Assembly (NCBI GenBank): GCA_027623195.1
Contig: JAQBUT010000015.1
Span: 1 to 64,000, forward strand
Direction of reading: 5' to 3'
DNA: 64,000 bases
DNA from: Chloroflexota bacterium
GTDB lineage: Bacteria; Chloroflexota; Dehalococcoidia; Lucifugimonadales; JADFKI01
The notes beneath the pieces are model-generated. The model did no database searches. It was not told the DNA's origin and saw nothing but the letters and a program-made list of their open reading frames with translations. A program made the translations under genes and the position numbers. Shown here one piece after another: positions 52,016 to 62,261 of the stretch (its first letter is position 1; each line of letters starts with the position of its first letter).

Positions 52016-54577
52016 CTACTTCAGGGATTCCAACTGGCTCGTCTGCTGGGATATCCGGTTGTCATGGTCCTGGGCGAATCGCTTGATGCCGTTGTAGATC
52101 GACTCGGGGTCCAGGTGGGCCTCGGTGATCACGTCGCCTTCGCTTCCGCCTGTGAGCCATTGGTTGTCCCAGTCGGATGTGAGCGAATATTTTTGGGTTA
52201 ACGGTCCGGGGTTCTGCACCGGCCATACGCGCTGTGTACCTGTAGTCACGATCATCATGTCGTAAAGTGAACCGGCGGGCAACACCGAGTCCTGATAGCT
52301 CTGGGGCTGCCGGGTGAATAGCTCTTCACTGATTGTGGCTATTACCTTCACGTTCACACCGTCCGCTTCCAGTCGGGACAGCACTGAGACCAGGTTCACT
52401 GTTGAGGACGACCCCTGAACCATCACGTAGCCCTGCTTGGGCTTGTTTGGGTCGAAGTCTCGCAGTACGTAGAAGCCTTTGGCCGCAGCCTTGACGTCCG
52501 TGTCGGCGAACTTGGAGCGGTCAGCCACTGGGAAGTCCGGGCGGGCCACTTCAAGGACGATAACGCCTACCTTTGGGTCTCGGGCCGCGATCTCCGCAGC
52601 GGCGAAATACCCGGCCGCCACGTCGTTATAGTCCCAGAAGCTCAGGGTGATTACCTGGTTTCTGGGGAATAGCTTCCACACCTGCGGGGAGAATATACCG
52701 AAGTGAGTTCGAGCGTCGGCAGCGGTCTCAGGTCCGGAGTGACCGGCGAGGATGTTCAGCACTCCTACGCGGAAGGGGCTGTCCTGGTTCTGCTGGCTCC
52801 ATACACGGGCGGGCAGATACATAAGAGGCGTGAAAGCCCCGTACGTGCCGCTGATTGCCCATACTCCACAGTGTTGATTTGGATCGAGAGAGGCTGTCTG
52901 GCCAATCAATCCGATTGCAGTGGAGGCGTTGCCTGCCTCCTGAATCGGGGCCTTAAGGCGAGAGCCAGCCGGGTTTTTGACGGGGTCGTAATGGCCCCAA
53001 ATGGAGCCATGCTCTACGTTAATGGAATCGGCCAGGTCCGCTGCCACAATAAGGAAGCGATTATCCGTAACGTAGTTCATGTACTTTACGATTTCGGATA
53101 TAGCCCGTCGGGTTCCTCTTACGTTGCCTGGTTCCTCGAACAGCTTGATGCTGAGTTCTTTTTCTTCGCCGGATACGGGATTGCGGGCCGTGACCGTCTG
53201 TGCCTCCATTGGCAGGTTCTTGACCGCCAGCCTGGAGTCTTGGAACGGATCTACGTTTCTGTCAATACGTAGAGGCATGTCGTCCTTGACCTGGTCGCCG
53301 ATCTCCACAAGTCGATCAGCCAGCCAGTCGCCAAGGCCGTTGCTATCCAGGGCAGACATTGCTATGTCGATGTTCTGCTTGAACTGGATAAGGCGTTCCT
53401 TGGTGTTTGAGGGCACCCCTTCACGGATGCCGCCGAACTCAACGCCAAACTGCTTCTCGAAAGTTCCTGCCAGGCCCTGGAAGTAAGGGCTATTCATGGC
53501 AAAGCCGTACGGGTGGCTGGCGTAGCTAACAACCTGGTCGCCAAAACCAGGAATTGTCCCGTTTACAGCGGCGGGCCACCAGCCTTTGACTGTTTTGCCG
53601 ATGACAATCATGGGCCGGTCATCCATCGGGTCTGAGTCCTCCATGGATTTAAGAGCGGCAATTACCTGGTCATAATCGTTGCCGTCCTCAACCATGAGTA
53701 CATTCCAGCCATATGATGCCCACTGGTCTTCTATCTTGTAGGCGTCGTACTGCGACCCCACAACACCACCAATTAACTTGTCGTCGATACCTGCGTTATT
53801 GAAAGAAAGCAGGACTCGCAGGCGTTTACCAACCTGATTGGCTACGGCCTGGGTTTTCAGTTCCTGGGCGTGGCCAGCCGTCATGGCGAACTCGCCCTCG
53901 ATTCCGATGATCTTCAGGTCTTCCGGGGCTCCGATTATGTCCCAGAATGCAGCTTTTCCTGCTGCTGTGGCTATGCCGATTCCCGACGGCCCGCCGTTAA
54001 CGTCATTTGTCATGTCCGTTGTCTCGGAGTGGCCGGAAAGGGCCCGTATTCCGCGATTTTTGGCCTGCGCCATTAAAGGGTCGTCGTCCAGGCCGTTGTC
54101 TTTCAGGATCGTATCCAACGGCGCTTGGCCCCGGCGGAAGCCCAGGGCATCGATTGAAAGCATTGCCACTTTGGGATCGACCTTGTAACGCTCGTCGCCC
54201 GTTTTGGCATACTTGCGTGCCATGGCCTCGCCCATAATCATCCATAGTGCGTAGGTCACGGGCGCGTTATGCCCTCCTGCTAACAAGAATTTGTCTGCAT
54301 AAGGGTGCTTGGGCCGGCGGTAGTCGAATCGCAGGCCGCCAAGCTCCGGCCCAACAAGGTGGGTTGCAACGGTGAAGTGGGTGTAAGCCAGAGGCCCGCC
54401 AAAGTGACCCGTTTGAGCATAGTTTCCCATCAGGGTGAGCGTCATGGCTGTCAAAAAGCCGACGTCTTCCAGACGGGCCTTGTCGTAATCCGGCAGCGTA
54501 ATGGACTTACCGCTTATCTGGCTCGTGAGCGCGACGCTGTTGACGGTGGTTACGGAATTTCCGTTGGTACTTGGCAT
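52016..54577 (-). CDS. divergent transketolase-like ThDP-dependent enzyme (853 aa)
   Basis: TGHFGGP, GGHNAP, GHSE, DGND, KTVKG, ADLADS, GHSG...DARTH; ThDP motif altered to GEF...NN. Confidence 0.8.
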   Translation of the reverse strand: MPSTNGNSVTTVNSVALTSQISGKSITLPDYDKARLEDVGFLTAMTLTLMGNYAQTGHFGGPLAYTHFTVATHLVGPELGGLRFDYRRPKHPYADKFLLAGGHNAPVTYALWMIMGEAMARKYAKTGDERYKVDPKVAMLSIDALGFRRGQAPLDTILKDNGLDDDPLMAQAKNRGIRALSGHSETTDMTNDVNGGPSGIGIATAAGKAAFWDIIGAPEDLKIIGIEGEFAMTAGHAQELKTQAVANQVGKRLRVLLSFNNAGIDDKLIGGVVGSQYDAYKIEDQWASYGWNVLMVEDGNDYDQVIAALKSMEDSDPMDDRPMIVIGKTVKGWWPAAVNGTIPGFGDQVVSYASHPYGFAMNSPYFQGLAGTFEKQFGVEFGGIREGVPSNTKERLIQFKQNIDIAMSALDSNGLGDWLADRLVEIGDQVKDDMPLRIDRNVDPFQDSRLAVKNLPMEAQTVTARNPVSGEEKELSIKLFEEPGNVRGTRRAISEIVKYMNYVTDNRFLIVAADLADSINVEHGSIWGHYDPVKNPAGSRLKAPIQEAGNASTAIGLIGQTASLDPNQHCGVWAISGTYGAFTPLMYLPARVWSQQNQDSPFRVGVLNILAGHSGPETAADARTHFGIFSPQVWKLFPRNQVITLSFWDYNDVAAGYFAAAEIAARDPKVGVIVLEVARPDFPVADRSKFADTDVKAAAKGFYVLRDFDPNKPKQGYVMVQGSSSTVNLVSVLSRLEADGVNVKVIATISEELFTRQPQSYQDSVLPAGSLYDMMIVTTGTQRVWPVQNPGPLTQKYSLTSDWDNQWLTGGSEGDVITEAHLDPESIYNGIKRFAQDHDNRISQQTSQLESLK

Positions 54578-54676
54578 GTAATCGATGCTCCCTAGGTTTG
54601 TTACTTCTTAATTTAGTTCGCGAACTATTTTAACTGCTTTGGACACGCAGAGTAAGTCTTAAAGCGACAGGTACGG

Positions 54677-55480
54677 CTAATTTGCCAGGAACTTCTGGAC
54701 CAGTGCTACGAATTCATCTGGCTTTTCAATTTCGGGGCGGTGGCCGCATCCCTCTATTATGGCCAGTTCCGAGCCCTGTATAGACTGATTGTAGACCTCA
54801 GCAGCACTCAAAGGGATTATGCTGTCTTCGCGTCCCCACACGAGCAAGGTAGGCAGAGTCTTAACCCTCCCTAGAAGCTGGGGTAGCCCTGCATAGTACA
54901 TATAAGGCTTCCAGCTCAGTCGACATGCCTCTTCGCGGGCAACCTCCCATGTTTCCACCTGCTCGGGCGTTGGCTCTTCCGGACAGATCTGCAGGTACTC
55001 GGGAGTGGCGGCCGGGTCCAGGAAGCTTTCCTCTAGATACTCTTTGGCCACGACGAGGAACATATCGAAAATTTCCCCTGTTGGCGGCTTAATACCGGCT
55101 GGACCAACCAGAACCATTTTCTTGAACTGTTGCGGACACATTGTCGCCATCTCCGCGGCCAACCATCCGCCCAGCGAATGGCCTACAACATTGATAGGCC
55201 CGATGCCCATGTCTTCCAGGGCTTGCAGGTACCACCCAGCCATGTCACGCATGTTCATTATCCATTCGAGGGGTGTTGACTCTCCAAAGCCTGGGTGGGA
55301 GGGGATGATGAGTGAGTTGTTTTGTGAAAGGGAGTCGTGGTAGCTCATCCATCCGGGGTGGCCAAGCTCACCGTGCAGCACAAGCAAAGGTTCGCCACTT
55401 CCGCCCTTCACCACCTCAATGGTGGCCCCAGCAACTTCCATTGCCTCTCGGGTCCAGTTTTGCGAGGTGGTTGTAGTCAT
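54677..55480 (-). CDS. alpha/beta fold hydrolase
   Basis: LHG, HPGFG, GHSLGG, WGRED, CGHRPE. Confidence 0.9.
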   Translation of the reverse strand: MTTTTSQNWTREAMEVAGATIEVVKGGSGEPLLVLHGELGHPGWMSYHDSLSQNNSLIIPSHPGFGESTPLEWIMNMRDMAGWYLQALEDMGIGPINVVGHSLGGWLAAEMATMCPQQFKKMVLVGPAGIKPPTGEIFDMFLVVAKEYLEESFLDPAATPEYLQICPEEPTPEQVETWEVAREEACRLSWKPYMYYAGLPQLLGRVKTLPTLLVWGREDSIIPLSAAEVYNQSIQGSELAIIEGCGHRPEIEKPDEFVALVQKFLAN

Positions 55481-55672
55481 GAAAATACTCCTTAATAATG
55501 CGCCGTGTGTTCATAGCAGCTACGGCGAAAAGGGAAGGCCGTGATAAGACGAGATGATTGTCCGATTTTATGCGATTATTGTCAAATCGGTGGGCTGCAA
55601 GGCATTGGAAAGCAAATCGGGGAAGCCTGCTATTTTCTGGCGGGAAACGTGCTACAATCGCAGCCGCATAAA

Positions 55673-55799
55673 ATCGACCCTTAACGTGGGTGGTATGGCG
55701 CTAGAGCCCTACGGGATGACTGAGTAACAGCCCGATTATCTCGCGGTGGTGTAGTCCTAGGCCATAGTATCTGCGCGACGCTCCTCATAGGGGAAGATG
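55673..55799 (+). ncRNA. candidate structured RNA / 5' leader (unassigned)
   Basis: Nested stems forming a long rod downstream of an extended -10 (TGcTACAAT, 55650-55658); no family recognised. Confidence 0.3.
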
Positions 55800-55866
55800 A
55801 ATAATATCATGAATATTCATGCCGGTCTCGCTTCCGGGATAGTTCGACGAGGAAAAGCATAGAAAT

Positions 55867-58203
55867 ATGGCCAGTGCACTTCAGGACATTACAGTACTGG
55901 ACTTGACGCAAGGCAAAGCCGGTGCCATGGCGTCTATGTTGCTGCGGGACAACGGCGCTCGTGTGATTCGCTTGGAACAACCGGATGCCGAAAACGACCG
56001 GTCGGCTCCGGCCTACGCCATCTGGGACCGCGCCAAAGAGAGCGTCGTTTTGGATGTCCGGCAGGACAGGGCTGCGATGCTGAAGCTGGTGGGAATGGCT
56101 GACGTGTTAATAGAGGATTTCGCTCCGTCTTCAGAGTATCAGCGATTGGTAGACTACACCGAGCTTAGAGGCCTGAATCCAAGATTAGTCCACTGCTCCA
56201 TTACCGCCTACGGAATGTTGGGAGACCTCAAGGACGAACCGCCTCATGACGATCTTGTCATGGCGCAGATGGGCATCCAGTCCAGCCAGCCGGGATTCCG
56301 GGAAGGCCCAGTACACGTTGCCCATCCAGTACCCAGCGTAGGCTGTGCGATTCTGGCAGCGCAGGGGATCGTATCGTCACTGCTCGCCCGTGAGAAGACG
56401 GGCAGGGGACGCAAGGTCGAGACCTCTCTCATGGCCGGGGCATTGATGTTCGCCCCCAAGGTCCTCGCTGAAAAACTGGAGCCCCGTCCTTTTCAGTTGA
56501 CGCCAGCGGGTGGCGGGCCTTTCTACAGCGTGTTCGAATGCGCTGACGAAAGGTGGGTTCAGTTGGGATGTATTCATAGCGGTTTCGTGGACCTGGCTGC
56601 GGCTGTTATGGGCATTGCTGATGTGATGACCGACCCTCGATACGGTGACGGGCGACGTCCCGTGGATGAGGAAGCTCGCCAGGAGTTGTTCGACATTGTG
56701 GCGGGCGTTATAAAGACGAAGCCCTGCCACGAATGGGAAGAGATATTCGAGGCCGCGGATGTGCCATATGCCAGGGCGTGCCTTACCGAAGAGTCGCTTA
56801 CCAATCCGCAGGTCATCGCCAACGATATGCTGGTTGAACTGGATGACCCCAGGCTTGGGCACCTGACGGAAATGAACGTTCCCATAAAATTTACATTCAC
56901 GCCGGGTGAGGTCGCAGGTGCGCGGCCCGTAATAGGGCAGCATACGGAGGCAGTTCTTTCCGAAATCCAGTCGTTGCCGGAGCCTTCGCCTTCGATATCC
57001 GAGTCGGTGGTTGAAGCGTCTCCTCTGCATGATGTAAAGGTTTTGGAAATGACCAACGTCATCGCCGGGCCGGCTGCTGGCAAGTGTCTCGCGGACCTGG
57101 GTGCGGACATATTCAAGCTGGAGTCTCATTTCGGAGACATTTCGCGTCCGGCCGCTATGTCCTACTTTCTTCATCTGAACTCCAACAAGCGGTCTCTGGC
57201 AATTAATACCAAGACTCCCGAGGGGCAGGAGGCGGCTCAGAGGCTCGCTGCCCAATCAGACATCATGTTGGCCAATATGCGGCCCGGCGCTACTGATCGA
57301 ATGGGACTTGGCTCGGACATTATGAAAGAGCTTAATCCCGGTCTGGTGTCGGCGCACTCAACAGCTTTTGGCTGGACCGGCCCTTACTCTCACCGGCCGG
57401 GCGTGGACCCTCTGGCGCAAGGCTGGATGGGGCTTCAGAGGGCGCAGGGAGGGCAGGACAACCCTCCGGTATTTCTCGCACAGCTTGCTCCAACGGATTA
57501 CACGTCCGGGGGGCTGACGGCGTTGGGCGCCATTATGGCCCTGTATGTTCGGGAGCGCACGGGCATTTCTCAGAAGGTGGACTGCAATCTGATTAACGCG
57601 GGAGCGCTGCTGCGTGGAGATGACTTCATGCGGTACGAAGGCAAACAGCCATCTCCTATAGCAGATAAAGGCCAGTACGGTCTAAACGCTTTGCACCGGC
57701 TGTACGAAACCAGAGAGGGCTGGATTTACGTCATCGCCGAGAGTCAGGACGAATGGAAGCGTCTGTGTGCAGCAATCGGGCAGGATGGCCTGTTTTCCGA
57801 TGGTAGATTCCAGACCGACGCAGACAGGGCTCTCAATGATGCCGAGTTGGCCTTGGAGTTGTCAGTCGCGTTCGTGCAGAAGACGTCTGTTCAGTTGCTG
57901 GAGCTGCTGAAGTCGGAAAAGGTGCTGTGTTCCGAGGTTACGGAGCGGTACAACGTAGAGTATTTCAATGAGGAGAACTTTATAAGATTGGGTATGGTAA
58001 ACGAGTACCAGCATCCGGCGTACGGGCTGATGAAATTCGCTACCAATGCCGTGCGTTTCTCCGATACTGCTCCCCTGGAGGGCAGGCGGACGCCCCTTCT
58101 TGGCGAGCACAACCGGGAGGCTCTGGCAGGGGTTGGCTATTCGGATCAGGAGATCGACGCTCTTTACGATGCCGGTGTCTTGCTGACTGAGTCGCCAGGC
58201 TAG
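55867..58203 (+). CDS. CaiB/BaiF (family III) CoA-transferase, tandem two-domain fusion
   Basis: Two repeats: VLDLT...GARVIRLE...DRAKES and VLEMT...LADLGADIFKLE...NSNKRS; P.IGQHT and PLLGEHN ends. Confidence 0.9.
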   Translation: MASALQDITVLDLTQGKAGAMASMLLRDNGARVIRLEQPDAENDRSAPAYAIWDRAKESVVLDVRQDRAAMLKLVGMADVLIEDFAPSSEYQRLVDYTELRGLNPRLVHCSITAYGMLGDLKDEPPHDDLVMAQMGIQSSQPGFREGPVHVAHPVPSVGCAILAAQGIVSSLLAREKTGRGRKVETSLMAGALMFAPKVLAEKLEPRPFQLTPAGGGPFYSVFECADERWVQLGCIHSGFVDLAAAVMGIADVMTDPRYGDGRRPVDEEARQELFDIVAGVIKTKPCHEWEEIFEAADVPYARACLTEESLTNPQVIANDMLVELDDPRLGHLTEMNVPIKFTFTPGEVAGARPVIGQHTEAVLSEIQSLPEPSPSISESVVEASPLHDVKVLEMTNVIAGPAAGKCLADLGADIFKLESHFGDISRPAAMSYFLHLNSNKRSLAINTKTPEGQEAAQRLAAQSDIMLANMRPGATDRMGLGSDIMKELNPGLVSAHSTAFGWTGPYSHRPGVDPLAQGWMGLQRAQGGQDNPPVFLAQLAPTDYTSGGLTALGAIMALYVRERTGISQKVDCNLINAGALLRGDDFMRYEGKQPSPIADKGQYGLNALHRLYETREGWIYVIAESQDEWKRLCAAIGQDGLFSDGRFQTDADRALNDAELALELSVAFVQKTSVQLLELLKSEKVLCSEVTERYNVEYFNEENFIRLGMVNEYQHPAYGLMKFATNAVRFSDTAPLEGRRTPLLGEHNREALAGVGYSDQEIDALYDAGVLLTESPG

Positions 58204-58382
58204 CCGTTTGGCCTTCCCCGCGTTTGGACCCCACCCACAAACATTCGGTATTGAATCCCCCATTTCCGTTTACATCCCGTTCCCCATCGGCTAAATACAA
58301 TTAGGTCGGCGGATAACAGTCTCGTAGCGCTAACTGGACTCGCTGGAAGATTGTCCGCACCCGAATCGAAAGAACGGAGCCC

Positions 58383-61256
58383 ATGACCAGCCAGTCAACC
58401 CCAGGCGATTCAAAGTCAGGCTATTCGTCTGAAAGCGACACGCCTGACGGAAAAGGGCGGCATCGTGCCGCCGCCGTGAGATTTGTCATGGTCATCTCTG
58501 CGCTGGCGCTGGCCGTATTGGGGCAGGCCTTGCTGATCACGGGACATGGGTTGTGGGCGATAACGCCGTACGTCGTCGCTGTCATAGCAATGACCACGGC
58601 CGTAACCAATACCCCTTTTAATGCAGGAAGTTCCGCTCTGCCTCAAGGCGATGGTTCGACTCGGATACTCCAAGTAATCGGACGGCGAGAGCGGCGTTGG
58701 GCGATTGTCTGCATGCTCCTGGCAATGGCGCTGATGGCGTCCAGCCTTTACCTGTTCCCCAAAGGCCCGCCTAACGCGCTGGCCTGGTGGTTCTTCGGCC
58801 TGTCGGTGCCCCTGGCTACCGTTTCGGTACTGGCGTTCGACGGCAGGGTTAGCTCTTTTTTAGGGGAATTCCGCGCCGACAAAGAGATTGCTTTCGTGCC
58901 AAGATCGTCGCTGCCCTGGCTAGGTTTGTTGGCGATACTGATTCTGGCTGCCGTTTTGCGGCTCTACAACCTGGATGGTCTCCCGGCAGGCCTCTGGTTC
59001 GACGAGGCCGATAATGTTAGGCACGCGGTGGAGATCAGGACAAATCCAGGGGCAACCGCTATATTCGTCCCGTCTACAAACCTCCCCAGCCTATTCCTGA
59101 TGCCCATAGCCCTGGTCGTTGAACTGGCGGGCGTGTCAATCACCACGGCCAGGCTTGTTTCCGTGACGTTTGGGTTGGCTGGCATCGCCGCGATGTTCCT
59201 TCTGGTCAGGTTCATGCTAGGGGCGCCCGCTGCCCTGATGGCAGCGTTCGTCACAGCGGTGATGAGGTGGGACATAAACTGGAGCCGGATAGGCATGCAC
59301 GGCATCACAGCGCCGCTCTTTGCAGCCCTTACGGCCTATCTAACCCTCAGGGCCGTTCGATTCGGAAGGCATTCCGACTTCGCACTGGCGGGCGGCGCAA
59401 TGGGACTAGGCATGTGGTTTTATGCGTCCTTTCGACTGTTCCCTCTGGTGATTGGTCTGTTGTTTCTACACGCCCTGTTAGTTAGTGATGGGCGACGGCG
59501 AAGGCTGCTGGCCAACGCGGTGATTATGGGCTTGGCGGCGATATTCGTGGCTGCCCCCGTGGTGCAGTCGGCCGTGGTGGACACGGAGGACTTCTTCGCC
59601 AGAACAGGCACCACCTCGGTGTTTTCCGTCCTGCCTCTGGACGAAGCGCTGGACCAGATGCAGACCAGCATGGGCAAGCATTTGGCCATGTTCCACCTGA
59701 AGGGAGACCCGAATCCTCGCCACAACCTGCCTGGCGAGCCGATGCTGGATTTCCTATCGGGAGCGCTGTTGATTCTGGGCGCGGCCATCGCCTTCACTAG
59801 ATGGCGTAACGCGTCTTTGATAATAATGCCATTCTGGATAATTCTCATGTTACTGCCCGGCGTGATAACCCTGCCTTGGGAGGCTCCGCAGTCGCTACGC
59901 GCCATTACGGTCATTCCAGCGGTGGTGGCCCTCATAGCGTTGTCAGTAGGAGCGATATGGGTAGCAGGTCGGGAAGCCCCGTGGCCCATCGTTCGTAAGT
60001 ACACGCCGGTATTCGTTGCTGTTCTGATGGCGGTAATTGCGTTCGCCAACGTGAATACCTACTTTGGAAGGCAGGCTAGTCACCCAGACGTCTACGCTTC
60101 TTTTTCCACCGACGAAACACTGATGGCCCGGGACATGCAACTTCAGCAGCGTCTTGGATACAGCTTGATGGTTTCGCGTCAATTCCTGTATAGCCTCTCG
60201 GCCTCTCTGCTGGCCGGCAATCCACGGTTCGATACCATCTCCGCGCCCTACAATATACCGCTGGACCCGGAGCAGGTCTGGCGTGGCGCTGCCATATACC
60301 TGGAGCCTCGTGAGGCGGGGTTTTACCACCTGCTAAAAGCCTTCTACCCTGATGCTGAATTCCGTGAGGTTCGCCCGCCTGCGGGGGGAGACGCTCTGTT
60401 CTATTCGGCCTCGATCAGCCGAAGCCTTTTGAAGCGGGACGTAGGGCTGATAGAACGACGGACGTATTCAGATGGGTCGCTGGGGGAGTTTACGAAGCTG
60501 GAGGCTGTGAGTGTCTGGGCCCTGGAGGCGACGCAGGACCAGGTGCCGTTCGATATGGAGTGGGAGGGGGCGTTGCACATCACCAGGGCTGGCGAATATT
60601 CGCTGGCACTGGATGGGAACACTGACGCACAGGTTTTTCTGGATGATCGGCCAATATTAAGCAGCGACCTGCCGACTGCGCAGATTCGGCCCGCTGTGGG
60701 CCTTCACACCTTACGGGTCCAAGGGCGGGTGGAAGATCGCTCGGAAATACTTCGGCTGCTATGGAGGCCGCCCGGGCGAGACCTGATGCCGATACCCGCA
60801 GCGCACCTGTATCACGGCGCGATACGACCTATGGGGTTGGCGGGCCGGTTCTATCAGGGCGATGAAGAAGTGGCTGGAGTACTAGCTGATGCCCTTCGCG
60901 TAACGCCTGTGACTGATGCTTTCTGGTACGACCCTGTGCTTACGGAGCCATACTTTGCCGTCTGGCAGGGCAATCTGGATGTGCGGCAGGGCGGGGTGTA
61001 CGACTTCTCGCTTGAGGCTTTCGGGGACCTGAAGCTTTATATAGACGGCGCGGTTGTAGCGGATAGCAGGGGAGAGTCCGAGTCGCAGGTAACGCTCCTC
61101 GAAGGGCCTCGGCGCATCAGGCTCGAGTATTTTTCAGAGTTTTCGCCGTCGGAGTTCGAGGTCCGGTGGGCTCCGCCGGGTCAGTCCCTTGGCCCAATAC
61201 CCATCGAAAGCCTCACGCCAGATAAGCAGCAGATGTTCGATATTATCGGTAACTAG
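58383..61256 (+). CDS. GT-C (ArnT/PMT-like) membrane glycosyltransferase with C-terminal PA14-like domains
   Basis: LRLYNL...GLWFDEA luminal DE motif, many TMs; two beta-rich repeats (WEGAL...GEYSL...LLWRPPG; WQGNL...GVYDF...VRWAPPG). Confidence 0.8.
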   Translation: MTSQSTPGDSKSGYSSESDTPDGKGRHRAAAVRFVMVISALALAVLGQALLITGHGLWAITPYVVAVIAMTTAVTNTPFNAGSSALPQGDGSTRILQVIGRRERRWAIVCMLLAMALMASSLYLFPKGPPNALAWWFFGLSVPLATVSVLAFDGRVSSFLGEFRADKEIAFVPRSSLPWLGLLAILILAAVLRLYNLDGLPAGLWFDEADNVRHAVEIRTNPGATAIFVPSTNLPSLFLMPIALVVELAGVSITTARLVSVTFGLAGIAAMFLLVRFMLGAPAALMAAFVTAVMRWDINWSRIGMHGITAPLFAALTAYLTLRAVRFGRHSDFALAGGAMGLGMWFYASFRLFPLVIGLLFLHALLVSDGRRRRLLANAVIMGLAAIFVAAPVVQSAVVDTEDFFARTGTTSVFSVLPLDEALDQMQTSMGKHLAMFHLKGDPNPRHNLPGEPMLDFLSGALLILGAAIAFTRWRNASLIIMPFWIILMLLPGVITLPWEAPQSLRAITVIPAVVALIALSVGAIWVAGREAPWPIVRKYTPVFVAVLMAVIAFANVNTYFGRQASHPDVYASFSTDETLMARDMQLQQRLGYSLMVSRQFLYSLSASLLAGNPRFDTISAPYNIPLDPEQVWRGAAIYLEPREAGFYHLLKAFYPDAEFREVRPPAGGDALFYSASISRSLLKRDVGLIERRTYSDGSLGEFTKLEAVSVWALEATQDQVPFDMEWEGALHITRAGEYSLALDGNTDAQVFLDDRPILSSDLPTAQIRPAVGLHTLRVQGRVEDRSEILRLLWRPPGRDLMPIPAAHLYHGAIRPMGLAGRFYQGDEEVAGVLADALRVTPVTDAFWYDPVLTEPYFAVWQGNLDVRQGGVYDFSLEAFGDLKLYIDGAVVADSRGESESQVTLLEGPRRIRLEYFSEFSPSEFEVRWAPPGQSLGPIPIESLTPDKQQMFDIIGN

Positions 61257-61379
61257 TTTTGTATCGGTGGCGACCCGTCCATGGATGCCAAACCAGACCG
61301 GCATTCTTGCTCCACCATTACGGTCGCTTAAATGAAACTAAGAGGGACCTCATCAACAGCCCAGATTAGCAAAACCAAT

Positions 61380-61996
61380 TTAGAAGGAGAGTGGATACTC
61401 CATATCATCTCCCTTCTTTAGCTGTTGAAGGTTGTGCTCGAAATGTTCCAGGACCTGTCGATACCGCCTCAGATGCCCGACCATTCGCAATTCAAGAACT
61501 AATTCCATTTTCCTGGGAAGAGAGCTTATAGGTATTGTGATTGGCGCTTCCCCTCGGAGACTAACGACCGTGGGTTCGGACACCGGCCCCAATAGGATGT
61601 TTAACCTCGAATCCAAGCCGGATGAACTGTCTGTCCTCATGGGGTGTTGGCCCATAGTCGCTATTACGATAGTCCTTCGCCATTACCGGAGGAATGGCCT
61701 CTTGAGATGCATTTCCGCGCCGATGATTCTTTTTGCGTAATTCCTACTATTGTTGATAAAGACAGCATCGAACCATCCAGAGATGAACTTCCCGTTGCCG
61801 ACGTTTACCGAAAGGATCGGTGATTCTTCATGCCTAAATTTGAGACCTGTGAGCGACTTGCTAGGACGGAGTGACCGGGTTGCAGGGCCGTAAATTTCAA
61901 TTCCAAAGCGCCCTCGAGTAGCTTTTGGAGAAGACCCTGAAGGAAAGCTATAGACTGAAGCAAGGACAGTACATTTAGGAATAAAGACAATAACAT
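61380..61996 (-). pseudogene. probable decayed gene (fragments)
   Basis: AT-richer region; one frame reads ...GRFGIEIYG...GKFISGWFDAVFINN...KRPFLR*WRRTIVIATMGQHP... into ORF 61380-61655 with a single TAA; hydrophobic N-terminus lies in another frame. Confidence 0.4.
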
Positions 61997-62261
61997 GCCT
62001 CTAATCTATCTTCGAACGGCTTCTCTGTAAAGCCAGAGTTGGCTTGATATCGCGAATTCTGTGGGAATAATTATATGGCTCTGTGAGCGGGTTAACACCA
62101 CTGGAGACTTCGTAATGGCTAACAGGGAACAAAAAAATTGAACCTTGATCACAGATCATTAAGGTGTATCCTCATCGTCATCGACGAGAAACAACGCACC
62201 GGTTATCATGAACGGTGACTTACGAAACCCGGATTTGCTCATTTCTCTAAGGGGAGTCGAA

